From contig NC_043020.1 of NCBI RefSeq assembly GCF_006345805.1, positions 28,396,001 to 28,460,000 of the forward strand: 64,000 nt of DNA, in the 5' to 3' direction. Made by a program: the position numbers and the translations under genes. Shown here piece after piece: positions 1 to 11,119 of this stretch. The DNA is from Octopus sinensis (lineage: Eukaryota). The first letter of the stretch is position 1. The number at the start of each line of letters is the position of its first letter. The notes beneath the pieces were generated by a model. It was not told the origin of the DNA, did no database searches, and saw only the letters and a program-made list of their open reading frames with translations.

Positions 1-813
1 AATTTAATCACTATAGAAAATATCTAATATCTGTTTTGCTTTTGCATGAGGGTCACCTGTGCCAATAATAAATATATGAACTGGTTCGACTTCATTTATT
101 TATTAGTCATTGATTGGTTAGCTATTTAAGCAACTAATTAATCGATTGTTTGGTTTATCATTTGATTGACAAACATAACTGACTGATGACAGGTTAACAA
201 AATGGTTGAATAGCTAACCAACTGATGAATACGAAAAAGAAGTGAAATAAAACCAGTGCATGTGTTTATTATTGGCATCATGACCCTCCAAAGATACAAC
301 AAAATCTGCTTCATCATATGAATTCACATCAAGAATCTTGCAAACCAAACATAGATAGGAAATATAAAATCTTATAAATATGAAAATTGTGATTAACATG
401 TTTTACTAAATAATTTTTGGTTAAATTCTGTTAAAAGACACTTTATCTCATGGAACTTCAGACTTGTTTTCATGGATCCATCTTACAGAAACATGGTACT
501 AAGTCATTTCATTTGGACAGATAACAAAAATTCAAACATGGGAATGCATTTGTCGGACAAGGAAAACAGACTAAAATTAATCAAAGACAGAAAGAAAATT
601 GGAAAACCGAAATCACCTGATGTGAAAATTGATCCTGGTCACTAAATGAACAAACTGGGGCCAGAAATCATCTGTCTGTTCATATTCAAGACAACGCTCG
701 ATGGGAGATAAGATTCTCATTGGCATCTTATTAATGCTCAAGGTAAGGTTGGAATTATTTTCCATGGTGTTATCTGAAAAAAGGAGAAAAAGATAAACGA
801 TAACCGATATATA

Positions 814-1060
814 TTTCTTTACTACCCATTTCTTTATTACCCACAAGGGGCTAAACATAGAAGGGACAAACAAGGACAGACATAGGTATTAAGTCGATTA
901 CATCGACCCCCACTGCGTAACTGGTACTTAATTTATCGACCCCGAAAGGATGAAAGGTAAAGTCGACCTCGGCGGAATTTGAACTCACAACGTAACGGCA
1001 GACGAAATACCGCTAAGCATTTCGCCCGACATGCTAACGTTTCTGCCAGCTCACCGCCTT
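814..1060 (-). mobile_element. tRNA-derived SINE, family 1 (full length), followed by a 5'-truncated tandem copy at 1061-1220
   Basis: Minus strand reads aaggcggtgagctggcagaaacg (A box) ... gtgagttcaaattcc (B box) ... cctttcatcctttcggggtcgataaattaagtaccag. Near-identical copies at 19511, 22562, 38248, 51560 and 63160. Confidence 0.85.
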
Positions 1061-1865
1061 TTTCTTTACTACCCACAAGGGGCTAAACATAGAGGGGACA
1101 AACAAGGACAGACAAAGGGATTAAGTCGATTACATCGACCCCAGTGCGAAACTGGTGCTTTATTTATCGACCCCGAAAGGATGAAAAGCAAAGTCGACCT
1201 CAGCGGAATTTGAACTCAGAGATAAATAATAACAGATATAGACAGATGCATGGCTGTGTGATTGCAGGTAAGTTCCTCACCATTAATTCATTGCCGTTAA
1301 TTTGCCATGAAGAAAGTTCAATCATTAAGAGAGTTCACTGCGAGGAGAGTTTACCAAGAAAATATATTCATAGTCTCTCACTATTTTATTGAAAAAAAAA
1401 AAAGTAATGTGGATTCTGTAGTGAGTTGATGACAGTGAACTTACCGGACATGTGGTTGTGTGGCTAAGAAGTTCACTTTGGGATCACATGGTTTTGGGTT
1501 CAGTCCCATTGTACAGAACCTTGAGCAAGGGTCTTCTACTATAGCCTCAGCACAACTAATACCTTGTGAGTGAATTTGGTAGATGGAAACTGTGTGGAAG
1601 CCTATTGTGTGTGTGCGTATACATATACATATACATACATATATATATATATATATATTTATATGTATATATACAGAGTGTCCGAAATTAGGGCGACCAA
1701 ATTTTCGGGCTTTAATAATTACCAATAAAAGTGATAAGATATGAAAATTATCCATCATTATAAAAGCTTAGTGTGTCCTCTTCTTGTTTCAGGCTACACA
1801 AATTCAGATTTATAAATTAGCTAATGGCTATAGATTACAATACAATCATGACCCTCCACAAGGAG

Positions 1866-1905
<40 letters not shown>

Positions 1906-1979
1906 ACAGACTTCTTTCAGTTTCCTTCAACCAAAGAACCATGTGTTTGGGAAGCAAGCTACTTACCCACACATCCACT

Positions 1980-2018
<39 letters not shown>

Positions 2019-2564
2019 CCTTGTTTTGAATTTTATTTTTCCAGTTGGTATTATCAAAGGAGAAAGAAATTAGATGGGAATTTTTCCCCTTCATTTGCTA
2101 GCATACCTGCTGGGTCATTAAACAGACCATTCAGTGAATGGTTTTCACACATTTTCATACTCATTCTGCTTACTCAAGATATCCATGCCTATTATTATTC
2201 TATTATTATTCTATTTTCTCATCCTGCTCACGCTGAACACCCAAATCTATTTTGGGATTTACCCAAATCGCTTCTTTCTCAACCTGTCCCACGTATATAA
2301 AAGTACCTCAAACAAAAGATCATCAAATTCCTGTTTCATACAACAGGAATTATAATTAATCTTTTACTTGTTTCTGTAGCCGTGGCAGGGCCTTGAAGGG
2401 TTTCGGACAAATAAATCGATCCTAGTACTTATATTTTTTTTTTCTAAGTCTGGTACTTATTCTATCACTGTCTTTTGCTGAACTGCTAAGTCACGGGAAC
2501 ATAAACAAACTAATCCTGGTGCAGTGATGGGGACAAACACACAGAAATAAATGCATATACATAT

Positions 2565-3085
2565 ATCATCATCATCATCATCATCGTTTAACGTTCGCTT
2601 TCCATGCTGGCATGGGTTGGACGATTTTGACTGAGGGCTGGCGAACCAGATGGCTGCACCAGGCTGCACCAATCTTGATTTGGCAGAGTTTCTACAGCTG
2701 GATGCCCTTCCTAATGCCAACCACTCCGAGAATGTATTGGGTGCTTTTACGTGCCACCCGCACGGGGGCCAGTCAGGCGGTACTGGCAATGACCTCGCTC
2801 GAATCTTTTACACATGCCACCGGCACAGGTGCCAGTAAGGCGACGTTGGTAACGATCACGCTCGAATGGTGCCCTTTCACATGCCACCAGCACGGGTACC
2901 AGTAAGGCGACGTTGGTAACGATCACACTCAAATGGTGCCCTTTTACGTGTCACTGCATGGAAGCCAGTTGGCTGCTCTGGCAATGGTCACGTTCGGGTG
3001 GTGCTCTTGGCACCCTACTAGCACGGGCACAAGTGCCAGTAAGGCAACGACGCTGGTAACGATCACTCTCGAATAGTGCCTGATA
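2565..3085 (-). mobile_element. SINE/non-autonomous retroposon, family 3, with (GAT)n tail and internal ~60-bp tandem repeats
   Basis: catcatcatcgtttaacgt..ttccatgctggcatgggttggac..ggatgcccttcctaatgccaaccact recurs more than 10 times in the window. Here it is followed by about 5 units of gccaccggcac..gccagtaaggcgacgttggtaacgatcacgctcgaatggtg. Confidence 0.75.
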
Positions 3086-3089
3086 CATA

Positions 3090-3530
3090 TATAATAATAA
3101 TAATGAAATTATTGTATACAGTGCTCAGGTGCACCACAACTTGTCAGAAAGTGCATATAAAGCATATGCAGTAATGTAGAAATGTCTGGAAAGCAAACAG
3201 TGTATGAGTCAGATACATGCTTGTGTGTGTATGGAGGGGAGAAAATCAGGTGTAGTGTTGGTGAATCTCAGGAAGCATGGAAGTTTTGAAGGATGCAGTG
3301 TTCCAACAACTAACAACCAATGCCGGCAGTTTGTTCCATTCTTCAGCAACTCTCAGCGTGAAAAAATGTTTCCTGAAGTCATGGGAGCTGTGCTGTTTTC
3401 TGACTTTGTAAATATGTCCACGGGTGTTAGATGGGTGGAGTTTGAAAAGGTACTCAGGACCATGCTATCAGTAATTACTCAGGGTAGGCAGTTGGTGACC
3501 TTTATGTAGTAAAACACACAAAGTTGACTG
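3090..3530 (-). mobile_element. CR1/L2-type LINE 3' fragment with (AAT)n tail
   Basis: Minus strand encodes a CR1-like C-terminal motif (FF.LRV.EEWNKLPA.VV). Sister copies at 4861-5155 and 20465-20885. Confidence 0.7.
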
Positions 3531-4860
3531 AGTTGAAGGCAGATTTCCTTCTACCTTTATAGTATGTAGAGAAAACAGTTTTGTAGGAAATTTGAAGGAA
3601 ACAGAAAATGGAGATATATTGATGAGCAACAATTGACTTACATCATAATAAATGATAATCGATGTAAGTCAATTGTTCATCAATACCTTTTTCTGTTTCC
3701 TTAAATATATGCATGAGTGTGTGTGTGTGTATGTATACGATGGCCTTCTTTCAGTTTCCATCTACCAAATCCACTCACAAGAGCTTTTAGTCAGCCCATG
3801 GTTATAGTAGAAGACACTTTCCCAAGGTGCCACACAGTACAACTGAACCTAGAAACCTAGACCTGTGGTTGGCGGGAAAACCTCTTACCTTACAGCCACA
3901 CTGAGAAAAAACTTTTTTCCACCAAATTTCCATTCGTCATATTTCACCCATCCCCCCCTACAATTCCAAACCATTTTATGGTTCTATTTTGACATCCAAG
4001 TCAAAGTGTTTGCGCTAATCTACTCATTTGCATGGAGGATTGTTACTTTATTGAAAACTTGTTTTGTTCTTTCAATTGTTTACAAAAGGATCTTAGTCAA
4101 CATTTTTGCCCTCTTTTCTAATAACCATAAATATCTTTCTTTTGAGGTTTTTTTCCTGTTTCCTTTTTGTACTTTAGTGATCATAATCCTGTCATTATTA
4201 GTCTGGGTTTTCCAAAATCCACATGTGTGTTTGTGTTTGTGTGTCTGTGTTTGTCCCTCTAGCATTGCTTGACAACCGATGCTGGTGTGTTTACGTCCTT
4301 GTCACTTAGCAGTTCAGCAAAAGAGACCGATAGAATAAGTACTGGGCTTACAAAGAATAAGTCCCGAGGTCGATTTGCTCGACTAAAGGCACACACATAC
4401 ACACACGCACACATGTGTGTGTATGTGTGTCTGTGTGTGGCTGGCTGGCTGGCTGGATTGATAGGTAGATATTGGTTTCAAATTTTGCCACAAGAGCAGG
4501 AAGTTTGGGGGAGAGAGTAAGTCACTTACATCGACCCCAGGGCTCAACTGGTATTTATTTTATCAGCCCTGAAAGGATGAAAGGCAAAGACACCCTCAGC
4601 AGAATTTGAACTCAGATCATTAAGACCAAGTATTTTGCCCAGCATGTTAACGATTCTTCCAGCTCACCAACTTAGATAGATCGACATTAGCTACAGAAGC
4701 AGTATTAACACTTAATAGCAATCTGTGTGTGTGTATGTAATTGAAAAAATTGGAGACATCAAGAAGGGGTACAGTTGGACATTTATTTTTTAATCACTAC
4801 AAGTGTTTCCGGGCAACACAGGTCTCCAGGAGTACAGACACTTGCTTATGCAACTATTTA

Positions 4861-5155
4861 TATAATAATAATGAAATTATTGTATACAGTGCTCAGGTGC
4901 ACCACAACTTGTCAGAAAGTGCGTATAGAGTACATGCAGTAATGTAGAAATGTCTGGAAAGCGAACAATGCATGAGTCAGATACATGCTTGTGTGTGTAT
5001 GGAGGGGAAGAGAAGATCAGGTGTAGTGTTGGCGAATCTCAGGAAGCATGGAAGTTTTGAAGGATGCAGTGCTCCGACAACTAACAACTGATGCCGGCTG
5101 TTTGTTCCATGCTTCAGCAACTCTCAGCATGAAAAAATGTTTCCTGAAGTCATGC
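4861..5155 (-). mobile_element. CR1/L2-type LINE 3' end
   Basis: Same sequence as 3090-3425, ending in the ataataataat tail. Confidence 0.7.
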
Positions 5156-6690
5156 GTTAATATGTTGCATGGAAACAATTGTAGTGATTAAAAAATAAAT
5201 GTCCAACCATACCCTTCCTGTTGACTCCAATTTTTTCAATCACACAAACATACACACAGACACATATACATATGCACACAAACACATTGATTCGTACAAG
5301 CACACACATACCAAAGACAGAGAGAAGATATCAGGATTAAATGGAACATACCATTCAAAAGCTGTTGAATCTTTTGGGTTAGAATCGTTCTGTTAATTCT
5401 TCCTCTTCAAAACTTCATTCCGCTGTCTTTCCGCTGCTGTGCCTGTGAAAGAAATGCTTTGTGTTTCTTTAATTTGTTTATTATATTTTGGCCCCACCCC
5501 AATTCTGTCCACTTCCTTTACTTATGAAGTAGTGGTAGCTACTCTAACCCTACCCCTATGGTTTTACTTTTCACATGTGACAAGGTGTCTGCACTAATCT
5601 ATTCATTTGCATAGGGGATCGTTACTTTATTGAAAACTCGTTTGTTCTTTATATAGTTCATGAAAGGAAGTTACTCCACATTTGGATCTTTTCTGTTTGA
5701 ACAGCAGTTTTTAACATAATTTCTAGATAACTAAAAAATTTTAAACTCGTATACTGGTAGAATCTTTTTCTCTTGGCTTTATTGAGAAAATTCTATACTT
5801 TGTAAGATATTTGTTGGGGTTTTTTTTCTGAAATTTCAACCAATCACTGACGTCTATTGAGGTAAAAAACATTCTGTGCTGTATTAATATGTCGCTCGTT
5901 TAAGAAACAGATTGGGTTTATTTACATTTCTGAAGAAAAAAAGATACCCTTCCCCCCACCCCTAACCCTAAAACAGATTGAAATGCAATAGATTGATACT
6001 AGGGTCATAATTATGGGTAACAATTTCATATGACACCACAAGAAAAAACTGCCATTCAAACCAAAAAGATCCCCGCATTTTTCCTGTGCAGGTGGCACGT
6101 AAAAAGCACCCACTACACTCACGGAGTGGTTGGCGTTAGAAAGGGCATCCAGCTGTAGAAACACTGCCAGATCAGACTGGAGCCTGGTGCAGCCTTCTGG
6201 CTTCCCAGATCCCCGGTCGAACCGCCCAACCCATGCTAGCATGGAGAACGGACGTTAAACGATGATGATGATGATGAATTAAACAAACATGTACCTTGAC
6301 AATTGTCCCATTCTCTGTTCTATTTACTTTTATTATCATACTTTTGATCTTTTGTTTTCTTTTCTTTGATTTAGTGACTATAATGCTATCGCTTTCAGTC
6401 TGAGCTTTTCAAAATCCTCTGTTACTTAGTAAGTGCTGGGAATTGAAATTAAACTTTATATGCCTTTTTTTTTTTTTTTAATGTCACCATGGAAGATTTT
6501 AGAAATGGGGCAGGCCAATTCAACATTTCATCCAAGTGGGTGTTAAAACTAAACATAAAGTTAGGAAAGATTGGCATTTAAACTAAAATTAACTTACATC
6601 AGAAATTTCATGCTCAAACGATGAAGTATTTATTGAAACAAACACATGGGTGTCTGTGTGTGTGTGTATATATGTATATATATATGTATG

Positions 6691-6749
<59 letters not shown>

Positions 6750-6935
6750 CATGTATGTGTGTGTATGTAAGTGTGTGTGTATCATCATCATCGTTTAACG
6801 TCCGTTCTCCATGCTAGCATGGGTTGGACAGTTCAACCGGGGATCTGGGAAGCCAGAAGGCTGCACCAGGCTCCAGTCTTATCTGGCAATGTTTCTACAG
6901 CTGGATGCCCTTCCTAACACCAACCACTCCGTGTG

Positions 6936-7022
<87 letters not shown>

Positions 7023-7203
7023 CATGTATGTGTGTGTATGTAAGTGTGTGTGTATCATCATCATCGTTTAACGTCCGTTCTCCATGCTAGCATGGGTTGG
7101 ACAGTTCAACCGGGGATCTGGGAAGCCAGAAGGCTGCACCAGGCTCCAGTCTTATCTGGCAATGTTTCTACAGCTGGATGCCCTTCCTAACACCAACCAC
7201 TCC

Positions 7204-7240
<37 letters not shown>
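6750..7240. repeat. 273-bp tandem duplication of a family-3 SINE fragment plus (TA)n
   Basis: ORF starts at 6811 and 7084 give identical translations up to the microsatellite, offset 273. Confidence 0.85.
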
Positions 7241-7243
<3 letters not shown>

Positions 7244-7423
7244 CAAAATTAGAAAATGGAGAAACATACTTAAATCAATCAAACATCAACCATCAGATGA
7301 TACCCAATCATACTTTATTACACCATTACATAACAGTAAAGGCATTATACAAAATATACTGTAAATATAATTAGACAAGGAAATAGAAATATAAAATATA
7401 AAATATAATATGTAATTATATCA

Positions 7424-7545
7424 TATCTGACAGCTGTTTCCGCAGTAAGGGCAAGCATGCCTCATTTAACCTATAAGCCATATAAGGCAGGTATAAATGA
7501 GACATTAACAAGGATGCCCCACGGCCTCTTCAGAGAATATATATA
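7424..7545 (-). ncRNA. Type I hammerhead ribozyme motif (Penelope-type, second family, partly decayed stem II base)
   Basis: Minus strand: atattct CTGAAGA g gccgtggggca ... tgcccttactgcg GAAA cagctg TC agatat. Palindromic ACAGCTGT stem III and GUC triplet. Confidence 0.6.
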
Positions 7546-7682
7546 TATATATATATATATATACAAAAAGCAATAAAGATTCAAGTTAATTTAAATGAAT
7601 TTACTTGAATATGGTACCTAACTTAGATGCACCAAAAAAAACTATACTGTTTTAACAATACAGTAATGTGGGGTGATTATAA

Positions 7683-8284
7683 GCGAGAAAGAAGCAACAA
7701 GATGGATAGGTTTTTAGTACAATCGTTTCATACAAGGACAGGCTTTATTAAATGTTGCAAAAATTACAGCATATAAACGTGTCCCATACTCATCAGCTAA
7801 AATACATGTGAGTTCTCTAGACATCCTAGTGGTTGAGGCTATACTCATGAAGTAATGTAGATAATTAAGTAACATAAACAGATTTCCAAAGTTCATTAAA
7901 GTTCTTTAAAGATGATGTACAGTCTTATCACAGAATTTAAAAAAGTTTTAATAGCATCACAGAGAAGGTGACCTAATCCATAGTGCACATATGAATTTCC
8001 AGAGATATGAGGAGGGATTACATACTCACAGACGACAAATTTATCCATTGTTAATCACAACGAGGTGGGTCTCAATTCCTGCTTATTAGCATTACAGAGA
8101 GGGTGAATTAATCCTTTGTATAGATGCACAATTTCCAATGGTGTAGATGTAAATTTCCAGAGAAATGAAGAGGAATTTCATATTCACAGGCGATAAATTT
8201 ATCAATGGTTGAACACAATGAGGTAGGTATCAATTCTTGTTATATGATTAGGTATTTGCCACATTAATCACATTACTGCTATTT
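7683..8284 (-). mobile_element. Inverted pseudo-LTR of the Penelope-like element (copy A)
   Basis: Reverse complement of 14344-14946 apart from one substitution and one 1-bp indel seen by eye. Confidence 0.9.
7712..7802 (-). ncRNA. Type I hammerhead ribozyme, copy A
   Basis: Reverse complement of 8520-8610 with one C>T change that leaves a G-U pair in stem II. Confidence 0.75.
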
Positions 8285-8519
8285 GTCGTCTGTGAGTATG
8301 TAATCCCTCCTCATATCTCTGGAAATTCATATGTGCACTATGGATTAGGTCACCTTCTCTGTGATGCTATTAAAACTTTTTTAAAATTCTGTGATAAGAC
8401 TGTACATCATCTTTAAAGAACTTTAATGAACTTTGGAAATCTGTTTATGTTACTTAATTATCTACATTACTTCATGAGTATAGCCTCAACCACTAGGATG
8501 TCTAGAGAACTCACATGTA

Positions 8520-8610
8520 TTTTAGCTGATGAGTACGGGACACGTTTATATGCTGTAATTTTTGCAACATTTAATAAAGCCTGTCCTTGTATGAAACGAT
8601 TGTACTAAAA
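8520..8610 (+). ncRNA. Type I hammerhead ribozyme, copy B
   Basis: Stem I TTTTAG(8520-25)/CTAAAA(8605-10); core CTGATGA 8526-32; stem II GTACGGGACA/TGTCCTTGTAT; GAAA 8593-96; stem III C-gatt-G; cleavage triplet GTA 8602-04. Confidence 0.8.
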
Positions 8611-8656
8611 ACCTATCCATTCTTGTTGCTTCTTTCTCGCGTATATATATATATAT

Positions 8657-8990
8657 ATATTAGAAGGTTTAGAGATGATGTACAGGTATTATATATTAGG
8701 AGAAATGAGGTACTCAGAAATCTGGATTGGTTTCATATTTACAGATATTTATAAGTATGTTACATGTTTTTATACAGCATATATATATCATATATTAGCA
8801 CTTTTGTCCATTCTAGTGGAGTCAGTTCAACTCCACTAGAATGGACGAAAGTGCTAATATATGATATAGGATGTATAAAAACATGTAACATACTTATAAA
8901 TATCTGTAAATATGAAACCATCCGGATTTCTGAGTACCTCATTTCTTCTAATATATAATACCTGTACATCATCTCCAAAACTTCTAATAT
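8657..8990. mobile_element. ~330-bp fold-back element (MITE-like palindrome) at a (TA)n tract
   Basis: The whole segment is self-complementary around ctagtggagt-cagttca-actccactag, with arms about 95% identical by eye. Duplicated at 14963-15295. Confidence 0.75.
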
Positions 8991-9263
8991 CTAATAACAA
9001 TATCCTGCTTGACATGAATTTATTAGAATGCCGGAGGAGTGGACACCTGCTGCCAGTGAGGAAGTACATGTACAGTTCTGTTGCCAGACAGTTCTCAACT
9101 GCAAACAACTTGTGTCTGTGCTCTCAGCATTATACATCTGTATGAGAGGGTCTCTCAAAGTGAGTTCCACATCAATAAAGTGTTCTAATAATAGTTTATG
9201 TGTTTAGCAGGATATAAAGATTTGCCATATACATATATAGATATGCACGTGCACATGTGTGTG

Positions 9264-9302
<39 letters not shown>

Positions 9303-9902
9303 TATATATCTCTGTACATATATATATGTATATATCATCATCATCGTTCAACGTCCGCTTTCCATGTTAGCATGGGTTAGACTGTTCAACTGGGGTCTTG
9401 TTATTCTCTTTAAGTGAACATTTTTCTGGTTGAAATACACCGAAAAATGGCTACACAGCAGTTAAAAAAATGGGATTTTCTCATAGAAAAAAACAGCACC
9501 TTTTTGATGTAAATAATTTTTGGTGTTAACTTGGTCCGATTTGAATTTTTTCTTCTACAGAAGGAAGAGCAAGCCTTCTTCTATCCTACTCTCAATTTTG
9601 GTCAACTTGCGCCGCAGGGTCTCGGAGGAGATAGTGTTAGTTGAAGGCTACTAAACCTGCCATACACGATTCTAGTATACAGTGACGTACAGACATACTA
9701 CTTGACACTTACATTTCATATGTGGAAATTTTGAAGTCTTATTCTACGTCATTTACGGGAAATCCCAGTTTGAAATATAGAATACTTTATCATTCGTGAA
9801 TATCTAATTACAATGCCGTCTCAGTATTCCAAAGAATAGAATCGGAAATTATCTAGTGTACCAAAAACGGTCATTTTTTGAGGTGCGTGTATTTTAAGGG
9901 AA

Positions 9903-10268
9903 TGGCTATATGGTAAGTAGCTTGCTTACCAACCACATGGTTCCGTGTTCAGTCCCACTGCGTGATACATTGAGCGAGTGTTTTCTGCTATAGCCCCGGG
10001 CTGAAGAAAGCCTTGTGAGTGGATTTGGTAGACGAAAACTGGAAGAAGCCTGTCGTATGTGTATGTTTGTGTGTCTGTGTTTTTTCCCCCACCATCGCTT
10101 GACAACCGATGCTGGTGTGTATACGTCCCCGCAACTTAACAGTTCGGCAAAAGAGGCCGATAGAATAAGTACTAGGCTTACAAAGAATAATCCCTGGGGT
10201 CGATTTGCTTGACTAAAGGCGGTGCTCCAGCATGGCCGCAGTCAAATGACTGAAACAAGTAAAAGACT
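9903..10268 (+). mobile_element. tRNA-derived SINE, family 2 (inside duplicated flank; twin at 16210-16590)
   Basis: ggctatatggtaagtagcttgcttaccaaccacatggttccgtgttcagtccc head and ..gactgaaacaagtaaaaga tail, as in the full copy at 38512-38900. Confidence 0.85.
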
Positions 10269-11119
10269 GGGGTGCTCCCTTTTCCGTAATTTTTCAGTTT
10301 TTTAAATTTTTCGACAATTTTTTCATATTTATGACATTTTTTGAAGAATCATAACCTCGGATATTTAAAACAAAAATCGGGGAAATTTTTCTAAACAAAG
10401 TCAAAAGATGAAAAAGTACGGAAAATGAGTGAGGCGGGTGTCAAAAACTGCTTCCCTCCATCCAAACATCAACATCCGTGGAACGGTTTGGGATTTGTAT
10501 TTTATATGTATTATATTCAAATTTGCGGAATTTCATTCCGACAAAAAAAAAAGATGAATTATTCATATTTATCGATTAATTGTTATATACCGTTTTGATA
10601 ACGGAGTCTGCTTGGTATATACGAGGTCATTGCTCTATTAAAGCAACTTGAATCTCCTGTTTACAAACACTAAATTGAAACTATAAAAAGAAAATGGGAT
10701 TTCTTCAAACCAACGAAGAAATCTCTACGGGATCGTTCGATCTACTAGAAAAAGCAGCTAAGTAAATCCGAGATAATCTATTCCTAAAATGAAAAAGAAA
10801 ACGGGATCCTTATGATTTGAATGCTTTCTACGATTAAGGTTAAACAACTTATAATTTGCATGTGTTTCTCAGCCAACCTCCACAACATAGAAGACATACG
10901 GGTATAATAGACTGACCCCCACCAATTTCACCACCACGTATTCAGGGTGGAAAGTTTTTAGTGTTAAAGTTTGTGGGAGGCCCAAATTCATAAACAGAAC
11001 CCAGGACGGTTTTCTTGAGACATTCTTGAGGGATAAAAAAAAAAGCTGCGTATCATATCCCATCAAATACGAAATTGTCTTTAATGCAGTCAGCCTCTCT
11101 GTAATGCTAATAAGCAGGA

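Larger units (their letters stand above)
8281..11092 (+). repeat. 2.8-kb direct repeat (copy B): partial pLTR plus 2.45 kb of flank
   Basis: Matches 14588-17411 from atttgtcgtctgtgag to ttaatgcagtca, with at least 8 substitutions and a few homopolymer or microsatellite length differences. Confidence 0.93.

Noticed and set aside
2750-3085. Regularly spaced repeats superficially like a CRISPR array
   Set aside because: Head-to-tail tandem units without unique spacers, inside a eukaryotic SINE, with no cas genes.
8426-8608. 60-aa ORF MNFGNLF.. present three times (7714, 8426, 14732)
   Set aside because: Identity reflects pLTR duplication. It overlaps the hammerhead and has no protein motif.
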